From Octopus sinensis (lineage: Eukaryota): DNA of 38,192 nucleotides. Shown here piece by piece: positions 1-9,703 of this stretch (positions within the stretch are counted from its first letter, which is position 1; each line of letters opens with the position of its first letter). Location: contig NW_021835773.1 of assembly GCF_006345805.1 (NCBI RefSeq), positions 1 through 38,192 on the forward strand, given 5' to 3'. Below the pieces are notes generated by a model. The model did not search any database and was not told the DNA's origin. It worked only from the letters and a program-made list of their open reading frames with translations. The position numbers and the translations under genes are program-made.

Positions 1-100
1 CATTTTGGGGATAAAAAAGGGGGGTTGGTTTTCGATCAAAAGGGATCGTAAAAAGAAAGAGGAAAGCAAAAGCAAAAAGAAAAAAAGATAGATAGGACAA
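1..100 (-). mobile_element. Tx1-like LINE 3'-UTR fragment, running off the window edge
   Basis: Reverse complement contains TTTTACGATCCCTTTTGATCGAAA. This matches 3822-3844 and 5162-5178 in the 3' UTRs of the Tx1-like copies, including the CGATC/GATCG hairpin at 33-48. Confidence 0.65.
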
Positions 101-361
101 TAACGCGAACGAATTTCGGTTGGTGGATGCGGTTCTGATGTCAGAGGAAGAGTAAGAAGGCGAACTGCGCGTCCGCTTTGTGTCAAAGCTTAAAACTACA
201 AGCAGAGCAAGATTCGTAGGCACAGACACACACACATGTATAAATGTATTCAAATGCGCAGATATATGCAGTGATAACGACACTTATACATCAATATATA
301 TTCACCAATATCTGTCTATATAGAAGTGTGCATGTGTGCGCATATATATATATATATATAT

Positions 362-560
362 AGGGAGAGTTCACGAAAAAACAAAAGACGAAAATAGGTG
401 GCGTATAAAACAAACAGATGTATTAGTATAATGCTCAGGAATAGAAAAAGTATTTTACGTTTCGAGCCTACGCTCTTCTACAGAAAGGGACACAGAAAAA
501 AAAAAAACAAGGAGAGAAACAAGGAGAGAAAAAATGCGTGTAGTGGCTACCGATCTATCT
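362..560 (-). mobile_element. Penelope-like element terminal (pLTR-type) fragment with hammerhead-like motif
   Basis: Minus strand 486-453 reads TTT-CTGTAGA-A-GAGC-GTAG-GCTC-GAAA-CG-TA-AAA, a minimal type I hammerhead layout typical of Penelope pLTRs. No RT or GIY-YIG coding remains, so the family call is an inference. Confidence 0.5.
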
Positions 561-726
561 TATTATATAAAACAGTGTTTCTGTGTGTATGTATGTGTAC
601 GTATGTTCCTTTTGTATTCGAAAACTGATCTGCTGATTTGAGGTATAAAGTATCAAAATATTTATTAATCTTTCGGCTACCAATAAAGTATGTTTTTTCA
701 CAACTCTTTTTTACAAAAAAAGTAAC

Positions 727-796
727 CTCGAAAAGATGTCGGGTCGCACAATTTGGAGGTCTTTAGCTAAGGCAAGCAACTCTGATAAATCTATGT
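727..796 (-). CDS. Candidate internal coding exon, product unknown: (D)IDLSELLALAKDLQIVRPDIFSR
   Basis: Pyrimidine-rich acceptor (cattttctcattatcccctatctaag|, or in-frame catag| at 790), 70-nt open segment, weak donor GAG|GTTACT. No recognised homology. Confidence 0.25.
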
Positions 797-1573
797 CTTA
801 GATAGGGGATAATGAGAAAATGTTTAAAATACATGGAGTTTTAGCAGGGAATGAAACTTCGAAAATATACCGTCAACTTTATTAGTATTATTTAGTTGAT
901 AATCTTTTTATGTGAAGTATATTTGTGTTTTGTTTAGTCCTGATTTGCCTTTGATGTAGCAGACCCATCGCATAGATTTTTATTTCTTTCTCTTCCTGAA
1001 ATACTGTTAATCTGTGTCTTTCTTTTGATGAAAGGGTGTGTCTTAAGAGAGCTTTAGTTGCTGTTTGTAGTAGCTCAAGTTACCACAGACACACTTCTGT
1101 GTGTGTGCGTGTATGTGTGCGTATGTGTGTTTGTATGTGTGTGTGTGTATGTGTTTTGGTGTGATGAAAAAGTATTTTCTCTCAAATATTTTGCACAATA
1201 ATTTTTAAAGGAATCTACATATCTTTCTTATTGCTAACCATTCAACTTCAAATTACAATTGTTAATTGTCGGAAGTAAAGTAGAAAGAGATGTACGTATA
1301 CTGTTATCGTATAGAGTGAAAGGTCAATACGAAGTTTTGAACTCATAATCTTGTGGTTAATATTCCATTACCTTAAATTTGAAGACATTAAGTTTTTAAA
1401 CATAATTTTGCTGAGATTAGTCTTTCGACTATCACCAAGACTGAATATTACCTTCAAAAATTTAATCGATCATAGTGGCCTCAGTACGTGTTTCATTTTG
1501 GCATTTATTTCATAGATCTCAGCTTGATCCTTGAGACATAGGAAGACACAATATTTTATCTAACAACAAATGT

Positions 1574-1615
<42 letters not shown>

Positions 1616-1628
1616 CCGGAGTTTCTAC

Positions 1629-1703
1629 CCTTGACAGGTCGCTTCAACCGTGTTTTCTGACGTGAATTTGCTACCCAGGTTTCGGTTAAACGAATTTTCC
1701 ATG
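1629..1703 (-). CDS. Candidate exon, product unknown: AWKIRLTETWVANSRQKTRLKRPVK, or ATG frame MENSFNRNLGSKFTSENTVEATCQG
   Basis: Acceptor tatgtttattgtcag| and weak donor AGG|GTAGAA. One frame is phase-compatible with the 727-796 candidate. Unique non-repetitive sequence. Confidence 0.2.
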
Positions 1704-1741
1704 CTGACAATAAACATAGGATAATTCATTCACCTACTTAA

Positions 1742-1773
<32 letters not shown>

Positions 1774-1817
1774 ATGTATGTATATATTATTAAATACATA
1801 TACTAATGTATACGCTG

Positions 1818-2293
1818 ACACCAGCGACATGAGAGCTATATATTCTGCTACGCTATTGCAGCTACCGGAAAATATGCAAATAATATACATTAGTATATGT
1901 TTTTGCCAATATTTATTATACTAAAGATGCTTTTACTTCGTATGTAAAATTTTATATTAGGTGAGAAAATTTCCGGGCATACCAGCTCATGATTTTACAA
2001 GTGATGTACATATATGTCGTTGGAATGGGTAGCTGACTCACCTTCGACCCAGGTGGGAAGGTGGTGTTGATAAGTCACAAAAATGGCGAAACATCGATGT
2101 CCATCACTCCCAAATAGGATTGAGGGTGGGTTATCTCGCCTGCTCATCGCTCTAAGGTGTTTTAACACCGGCGACATGAGAGCCATATACTCTGCTACAC
2201 CATTTTCTGCCACAACGGAAAATACACAAAGCATATACATTAGTATATGTATTTACCAATGTTTATTATGTTAGAATTGTTTCACTTCATATG
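1818..2293. repeat. Diverged ~128-bp direct repeat pair (1818-1945 and 2165-2293)
   Basis: Both copies begin ACACC(A/G)GCGACATGAGAGC and share ATATACATTAGTATATGT and TTACTTC(G/A)TATGT. Confidence 0.75.
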
Positions 2294-2300
2294 TGTATAT

Positions 2301-2363
<63 letters not shown>

Positions 2364-2401
2364 ATATATATATACACATGTATATCAATTATATATACAT
2401 G

Positions 2402-2452
<51 letters not shown>

Positions 2453-2905
2453 TGATATACATGTGTATATGAGAACAGATTCACACATGCATGCACGCAT
2501 AAATTCTGACACACACACACACGTACATCATATAAAGCATTGAAGTATAACTCGATGAATAATAGCACTTTAGTCCATTAACTGTACACATACGTAAATG
2601 TTTTATTACCCTCTATCTAGCATGTGAAAAAAACAACTTAAATTCCTTATCGTATAAAGCCTTGTTTCGCTTGCCTCTTTAACTTCTTTTCTTGTCTTTG
2701 ATAAGCGTATCAGTCGAAATGTTACATTATCCTCTGCTCCTTTCATTGCCTATATATCTCCTTTGTACACTTCTTTGATTGTTGCGTTTTCGCTTTGTAT
2801 ATATCTATACATTTCCTGTTATGTTTTTTTTGACATCATGTATTAGTTGCTAGGTTGTCTCTTCTTTGCTTCCTAATCGTACTCCTGCTATTTTGTTAAC
2901 TTTCA

Positions 2906-3947
2906 CGTCGTACCTCCCCTCCGCATTCTATAGGGGTTTAGTGGAGGGGAGGTACGACGACGAGCTCGGGGCGAACCTGGACGTCGACGAGGAGTACCTG
3001 ACCCGCCTGTTCGGGACGACTTTCGGGCCAGGGCCCATGGACAACTTCCAGAGATCCCTGGCCTGCAGTGCTACCGAGAAGCGCTACCCGTTCGGGATAA
3101 GCTCTACAGACACGGCTCGAGAAACACGGGGCCGACCTGCCCGAGATGCGGTCAGAGCGACGAAACCGTTCTGCACGCACTCGTTCAGTGTCCAACAATT
3201 TCCGACCTGTGGCTTGTGTCGAACACTGCTGTCACGTGTGGGACGAGTCGGTTTATCAGCTGAGTCTATCGTCAATATTGTCACGCCTCCTTCCTTCAAA
3301 CGGAAGGAAGAGCTATTTTCATCATCCTTGTGGCTATGGCGAAGGAATGTATCTGTGGACCGCGTCTGAAAGGATTGGAGACAAACACTTTCCTTCTCTG
3401 GTCAATCTCTCATCAACTTCTTCAAGTACCACTTGAAAGGAAAGTGAGAGTAGAGAGGCAAGTTTTGTCTAGCGAATGTTTTAAAAAAGATGGGTGAATG
3501 TAGCAAGAATGGCACGTATGAATGACGAAGCCACCTTGAGCATAGTCCTATGAACCCAGAAATCGAAAACAGAGAGTTGCTTATTGCAAAAAAAAAAAAA
3601 AAAAAAAAAAAAGGAAATATAAAATGTGACTTCATGACCGAGGTTACCGTGGTCTTTTCCGTAGGCTTTTTTTTCCACGGGTAAACCTCACCTGTCCTCC
3701 CCTTTACACTTCATATTGACATTTCTGTGATAACGATCCCTATTGATCAATTTTTTTTTTTTTCCTCTCCCCCCCCTTTTTTTTTTTTTTTTAACCCCCT
3801 TTTTTTGTCCTCTTTCTCTCCTTTTACGATCCTTTTGATCGAAACTCCTCTTCCTTTTTTTTTTTTTTTTTTTTAAACCTTCAAAAGAAAAGCTCTACCT
3901 TGTAATTTGTTCTATCTGTGGCAGCCCTGTGTGGCTAATAAAGAAAC
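2906..3947 (+). mobile_element. 5'-truncated Tx1/L1-clade non-LTR retrotransposon (ORF2 C-terminus plus 3' UTR), frameshifted
   Basis: Frame-corrected translation ...FQRSLAWQCYREALPVRDKLYRHGSRNTGPTCPRCGQSDETVLHALVQCPTISDLW... gives C-x2-C-x8-H-x4-C at 3138-3191. It continues ...FFKYHLKRKVRVERQVLS...KRWVNVARM...TLSIVL with stop at 3551-3553. AATAAA at 3937-3942 is followed by (TCTA)n. Confidence 0.85.
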
Positions 3948-3950
3948 ATA

Positions 3951-3966
3951 TCTATCTATCTATCTG

Positions 3967-4001
<35 letters not shown>

Positions 4002-4006
4002 CTCTC

Positions 4007-4077
<71 letters not shown>

Positions 4078-4092
4078 CTCTCTATCTCTCTG

Positions 4093-4147
<55 letters not shown>

Positions 4148-4154
4148 CTATCTC

Positions 4155-4197
<43 letters not shown>

Positions 4198-4230
4198 GAC
4201 TGTCTGTCGGCCTATTTATCTATCCATCCA
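3951..4230. repeat. (TCTA)n/(TC)n compound microsatellite
   Basis: Directly visible; abuts the 3' end of the Tx1-like copy. Confidence 0.95.
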
Positions 4231-4242
4231 TGCATATATATC

Positions 4243-4274
<32 letters not shown>

Positions 4275-4294
4275 TAATATAGATAATATATAAA

Positions 4295-4620
4295 TATATG
4301 CATATATACATACATATACGTACATACCTACATCTATATGTATATATACATGCATATATGGGTACAGGACATCAAAACGACGTTGAACACAATGAGAAAC
4401 GAAAACATAAAAACAAACACATAGAAACGAACATTTTTCAAACAACGAAGAAAACCAAACAGAGAAACGAGACATACAACATAAAGAATATTACCCTTCT
4501 TCAGTTGTCCCTGTTTCATCTACTCCACGTTCGAAGGTGAGGACAAGACGCGACTTCGTTGAAACAATCCTTCCCACAAAGCAAATTAAATAAAATTTGG
4601 AATTATTTGCGGAGGGTGAA
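4295..4620 (-). mobile_element. Interspersed repeat, possibly Penelope-related; homologous to 35385-35700 (+)
   Basis: Reverse complement aligns with 35385-35700 (TTTTATTTAATT...GGAAGGATT...GTCCTCACCTTCGAA...GGGACA.CTGA.GAAGGG...TGTCCTGTAC...GTAGATGTAGGTA). Family assignment is inference only. Confidence 0.6.
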
Positions 4621-4886
4621 AGTGGTAACAAGAATAGGACAGTGAGAACAAAACAGTAAAAACAAACGGCGAGGGTTGTTAAACCGAGACGATAGAAAAA
4701 ATATTTTTGAATGCTAGGAAGACGGGCTTATGAAGGAGACAGTATAAGAACGTTTTTTTCTTTACGAAGGTTGTGGGCAGAAAGACAGATTATCTTTTGT
4801 CACGTGTCAGCGACGAGAGAGTCGAGGAGGAGGAGGAGTGAGAGAGAGGGAACGGTGAAGAGGAGAAGGATAGGGAAGGGTACCTA

Positions 4887-5278
4887 TTCAAGTACCACTT
4901 GAAAAGAAGGTGAGAATAGAGAGGCATGTTTTGTCTCCCGAAAGATTCAATAAAAGGTAGGTGAATGTAGCAAGGTCGGTACGCGTGAATGAAGGAACCA
5001 CTTTGAGCCTGATCCTGTAAACCTAAAAGAAAGAGAGGGAGCGCTTTGCTCTCATGTGTTTTTCCTTCCCTGCCTGAGGTTACCGTGGTCTTTTGCGTAG
5101 GCTTTTCTTTCCACGGAAAAACCTAATCTGTTTTTCACATTTTTACTCTATTCTGTGATACACGATCCCTTTTGATCGGAATTCTTTCTTCCTGTTTTTC
5201 CATTTTCCTCTTTTTTTTTCTTTCGAAAAGAAAAGGTCTACATTGTATTTGTCCCCTCTGGTTTGCTAATAAAGAAAA
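4887..5278 (+). mobile_element. Second Tx1-like LINE 3' fragment (diverged subfamily)
   Basis: TTCAAGTACCACTTGAAA...GGTGAATGTAGCAAG matches 3420-3507. ORF2 end FKYHLKRR..TLSLIL with stop at 5018-5020, same 3'-UTR hairpins, AATAAAGAAA at 5268, then (CTGT)n. Confidence 0.85.
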
Positions 5279-5590
5279 TGACTGTCTGTCTGTCTGTCTA
5301 TTTATCTATAACACTCTTCTCCTACACCTTGAATCTTCTCAGTCGATTGTACTCTGTGTAATTTGGACATAAAAATATTAATATAAATATCTATATATTT
5401 ATACTAATAAAATTTATCATCTGAAAGTCTCCACCTTTTGTTTTCTCTTCTTTTGTATGTACTCTATATACATATTTTGTATTTGATGTATTTAATATAT
5501 TTAGTATATTTGATGGGTCTCTTTTGTTTAACCGCATAATTGCCTACATACACACACACACGCAGGCACACATGCGCACAGCCATAATTA

Positions 5591-5625
<35 letters not shown>

Positions 5626-5919
5626 GTTCGTGTGTGTATGTATATATATATATATGTTCATATATATGTATATGTATATATATGTGTGTATGTATACACA
5701 CACACACGCACACATACCATACGCACACGCTCACACACAAGCGCACAGGCACACATACCATCACGATGTCTGCTCCTCACTCACGCACGTATTCTTGAAG
5801 TTTGACAAATTCCGAGGATCATGGCCAGGTTACTGAGAATAAAGAACTAATAGTAAAGCGTGTGTCACTGTTGTGGTGAATGCGGGGAGATTAGAAGTGT
5901 GACACCTACATTCTCTTCG

Positions 5920-6190
5920 TTGACGCAGACCTCCCCGGTGGTAACGTACCCTTTCACGGGGTCCGTCTCGAAACGCTAAAAACAGCAGCTGCTATCCCTC
6001 ACCTTGTCGAAGCGCTCACACGTCCAGCACTTGCGGTTTCCCCCGATCGAAAAGGGCGCAATCGGCCCTCCGCTTGTGCATGCGTCACCTGCGCTCCCTT
6101 CCTCTTCCGGTCAGCACCCAAGTTCCGGTCAGCTCCCCGGCCGCTGACGTCTTCCCACAACTGTTTGAACCCATACCAGTGAGTCGGAAA
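5920..6190. promoter_or_regulatory. CpG/GC-rich promoter-like island with tandem ETS-type sites and outward-facing splice donors
   Basis: GC/CpG-rich unique sequence in AT-rich DNA. TTCCGGTCAGC twice (6105-6115, 6123-6133), TGACGTC at 6145-6151, NRF1-like TGCATGCG at 6077-6084. Donors are AAG|GTGAGG on minus (6003/6002) and CCA|GTGAGT on plus (6178/6179). Confidence 0.5.
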
Positions 6191-6661
6191 GCTATAACAT
6201 ATATATATATATTCTAAATATATATAAGTATATATATCGTATATATATATACGCATACATACACACACATATATATATATATAATATATACATGTGTATA
6301 TATGTATATACACACACACATATATATATATATATACATATACATATGTATGGGTGTATGTATGTATGTATGCATGTATTTATATATTTACATGTAATAC
6401 ATACATACATACATACATACACACACACACATGTATATATATATGTATATAAATATAAATGTACATGTCATTTGTAATGTATATATGAACATAATTGCAT
6501 ATTTTCTCTTCAAGGATTTATAACTGACTTTCCGTGCTAAAACGACTGCTCGCTCTCAATGAAGTTAGTGAACCGTGAGATGCCGATGTTTTTAGCCTGA
6601 CTAAGCCTCCTCTGTAACAGAATTTTGGTTCCTATGTACAAATCGCACACACACACAGACA

Positions 6662-6696
<35 letters not shown>

Positions 6697-7477
6697 CCAC
6701 ACACACACACACCACTGAAGCTAACCAGGGTTAAGTTAGATAAATAGAGATATTAAGAACAGTAATGCCTATGCACCCTCTGCACCAATCAGCGAAAGTT
6801 TTGTTTGCTGATTTGTATATTGGAATCAAAGTTCAGACTCAATTTACAAAGACCAGCGGTGTTTGTTACTGACGAGGTTAAATCAAGTCGAAACACCAGT
6901 GCCTGATGGTCCGCTGATATCATTATATGCGATATGTATTTTTAACACATGAAGTCTCTTAACTGAAGTTTCTCTGTGACGAAATATTACAGCTAACATT
7001 GTATTATGTGTGCTTATACATTATAAATGATATTCACGCATATATAAATACATACACACAGCAAAATGTATGTGTGTATTTTATGTATGTATTTATATAC
7101 ATGTAGGCGCATATGTATGTATGGTCTAGTGAAAAAAAGACAGAAGCACTGAGTAACCTGTGATAGTATCTCAAGCTCAGTAAAGGAGACAATGCAAGTG
7201 TGAGAGAGAGAGAACGCGAGAGGAGAAGTGTGTATGAAAGAGAGAGAGAGAGAGAGAAAGAAAGAGGAGAGAGAAAGAAAGAGGAGAGAGAAAGAAAGAG
7301 GAGAGAGAAAGAGGGAGCGGACGACAATGAAAGTGGAGATTTAATATTTGTGAAACAAGCAGTGTTTGTTATTAAGAGGGTGTGTGATTTTGGGGGGCTT
7401 TTTCTGTACAAAGGTCGAGTGAAGTATTTCAAAGGAGTAAATTGGAAAGAGAAAAGATGAAGAAAAAGAAGAAGGAA

Positions 7478-7496
7478 CAGCAGCAGCAGCAGTAGC

Positions 7497-7530
<34 letters not shown>

Positions 7531-7531
7531 A

Positions 7532-7564
<33 letters not shown>

Positions 7565-7851
7565 CAGCAGCAGCAGCAGCAGCAGCAGCAAAAGTAGCAG
7601 CAGCAGCAGCAGCAGTAGCAGTAGTAGTAGTGGTAGTAGTAGTAGTAGTAGTAGTTAAAGCAGTACTAGCAACTGTGGTGCTGGTGATGGTGGTGGTTGT
7701 TCCGTAGTGGTGGTTGCGTTAGAAGTAGCTGCAGCTGATGTAGTTGTTGTTGGTGGTGTAGTAGTAGTAGAAGAAGAAGAAGAAGAAGAAGAAGAAGAAG
7801 AAGAAGAAGGAAGAGGAGAAGAAGAAGAAGAAGAAGAAGAAGAAGAAGAAG

Positions 7852-7880
<29 letters not shown>
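7478..7880. repeat. Compound trinucleotide microsatellite (AGC/AGT/GTT/GAA)n
   Basis: Directly visible. Confidence 0.95.
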
Positions 7881-7882
<2 letters not shown>

Positions 7883-8039
7883 GAAAGACAGCAAATCGAA
7901 GAAGAAAGCTGTAGACGAATACAGGAAATGAGACGGGAAGCGTCGTCTGCATGCCTAAATATGAAAGAAGCAGACGAGAAAGCAAATGAGAAGAGTGAGT
8001 GGAATATATTCTATGAAATAAAGAATATAGAAATGTTAC

Positions 8040-8085
8040 TTCTTTAGTTTGCCACAAGGGCGACAGGTGATGCTGACATTACAAG
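8040..8085 (-). mobile_element. Isolated Tx1-like 3' terminus
   Basis: Reverse complement CTTGTAAT...GCCCTTGTGGCAAACTAAAGAA resembles 3899-3946 (CTTGTAAT...GCCCTGTGTGGCTAATAAAGAAA). Confidence 0.5.
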
Positions 8086-8172
8086 AACATATTACATAAA
8101 TAGGCGGAGGGTGGTGGTTAAAATGCGCATGCGTATGTGCGTATCTATCTATCTATCTATCTATCTATCTAC

Positions 8173-8242
<70 letters not shown>

Positions 8243-8278
8243 GTCTGCCTGTGTATGTATATATCTCTCTTTCTCTTT

Positions 8279-8420
8279 TCTCTTTTACTTGTTTCAGTCA
8301 TTTGACTGCGGCCATGCTGGAGCACCGCCTTTAGTCGAGCAACTCGACCCCGGGACTTATTCTTTTGTAAGCCCAGTACTTATTCTATCGGTCTCTTTTG
8401 CCGAACCGCTAAGTGACGGG
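8279..8420 (-). mobile_element. SINE family A, 3' half only
   Basis: TTTTACTTGTTTCAGTCATTTGACTGCGGCCATGCTGGAGCACCGCC...GCCGAACCGCTAAGT is near-identical to 20515-20650. Confidence 0.9.
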
Positions 8421-8694
8421 ATATATATGCATACAGACACACGCACACATACGCACATGCAAACACAGACACACACGATATATACATATACACATGCACA
8501 CACGTGCTGTGTGCGTGTATATATATATATATAATTGGTGGAAGGACCGGATTTCCGGACGTGGATCCAGTGAAAATTATATCCTAACTCTGGATAACAT
8601 CAGGTAGTCCAACGGTGAACATACTTTAATTGACATGCTGATAAACATATACCTAAAGTCCATATAGTTATACACACACACACCATATATATAT

Positions 8695-8729
<35 letters not shown>

Positions 8730-8890
8730 TATAGATAGATAGATACATACTACATACATACATACATACATACATATATTATTTTATACATACATGCATG
8801 CATTTATATATATATATATATATATATAAAATATCTACATACATATATATATATATATATATATTTTATATAATAATATATATAATATAT

Positions 8891-8940
<50 letters not shown>

Positions 8941-8975
8941 TACATATATAATATATATATATATAATATATATAC

Positions 8976-9011
<36 letters not shown>

Positions 9012-9012
9012 T

Positions 9013-9510
9013 GGGAGGCACAATGGCCCAGTGGTTAGGGCAGCGGACTCGCGGCCGTAGGATCGCGGTTTCGATTCCCAGACCGGGCGTTGTGAGTGTT
9101 TATTGAGCGAAAACACCTAAAGCTCCGGCAGGGGGTGGTGGTGAACCCTGCTGTACCCTTTCACCTCAACTTTCTCTCACACTTTCTTCCTGTTTCTGTT
9201 GTACCTGTATTTCAAAGGGGCCGGTCTTGTCACACTGTTTCACGCTGAATCTCCCCGAGAACTACGTTAAGGGTACACGTGTCTGTGGAGTGCTCAGTCA
9301 CTTGCACGTTAATAAATTACCTGGGACGTCACTGGTGCCAAGCTGTATCGGCCTTTGCATTTCCCTAGGATAACACTGGTGGCGTGGAGAGGGGAGGCTG
9401 GTATGCGTCGGTGACTGCGTGTCTTCCATAAACAACCTTGCCCAGACTTGTGCCGGGGAGGGTAACTTTTTAGGTGCAATCCCATGGTCATTCATGACCG
9501 AAGGGGGTCA
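9013..9510 (+). mobile_element. tRNA-derived SINE family B (Arg-like head) with an alternative 3' segment from ~9315
   Basis: A/B-box head TGGCCCAGTGGTTAGG...GGTTTCGATTCCC. Aligns to 33166-33478 up to CACGTTAAT, then diverges into a different repeat-like segment ending GACCGAAGGGGGTC. Confidence 0.85.
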
Positions 9511-9552
9511 TAACATAATATATATATGCACAAGGCGTGCAATTTATGTGGG

Positions 9553-9703
9553 GTGCTTACTTCACTGACCCTTGAGAAGATGAAAGGCAAAGTCGATCTC
9601 TACTGAATTTGAACTCAGGACGCCATTTTGTTTGGCGCGGTAACGATCTAATCGACTGACTCCTCCCCCAAAATTTCAGGCATTGTGTCTAGTGTAGAAA
9701 CGA
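9553..9703. mobile_element. SINE family D fragments in opposite orientations (9553-9620 minus, 9644-9703 plus)
   Basis: GATGAAAGGCAAAGTCGA...GAATTTGAACTCAG matches the minus-strand D copies. GATCTAATCGACTG...CCCCCAAAATTTC..GTAGAAA is the plus-strand D tail. Confidence 0.7.

Noticed and set aside
6003-6110. Minus-strand CxxC peptide (NRKCWTCERFDK) or in-frame TGA selenoprotein reading
   Set aside because: There is no ATG or acceptor in that frame. The TGA codons come from the duplicated GCTGACCGGAA motif, and no SECIS is evident.
9013-9085. tRNA genes at SINE heads (also 20850-20923, 25545, 32815, 33166, 35753)
   Set aside because: A/B boxes are present but there is no intact acceptor stem or cloverleaf, and each is fused to a SINE body.
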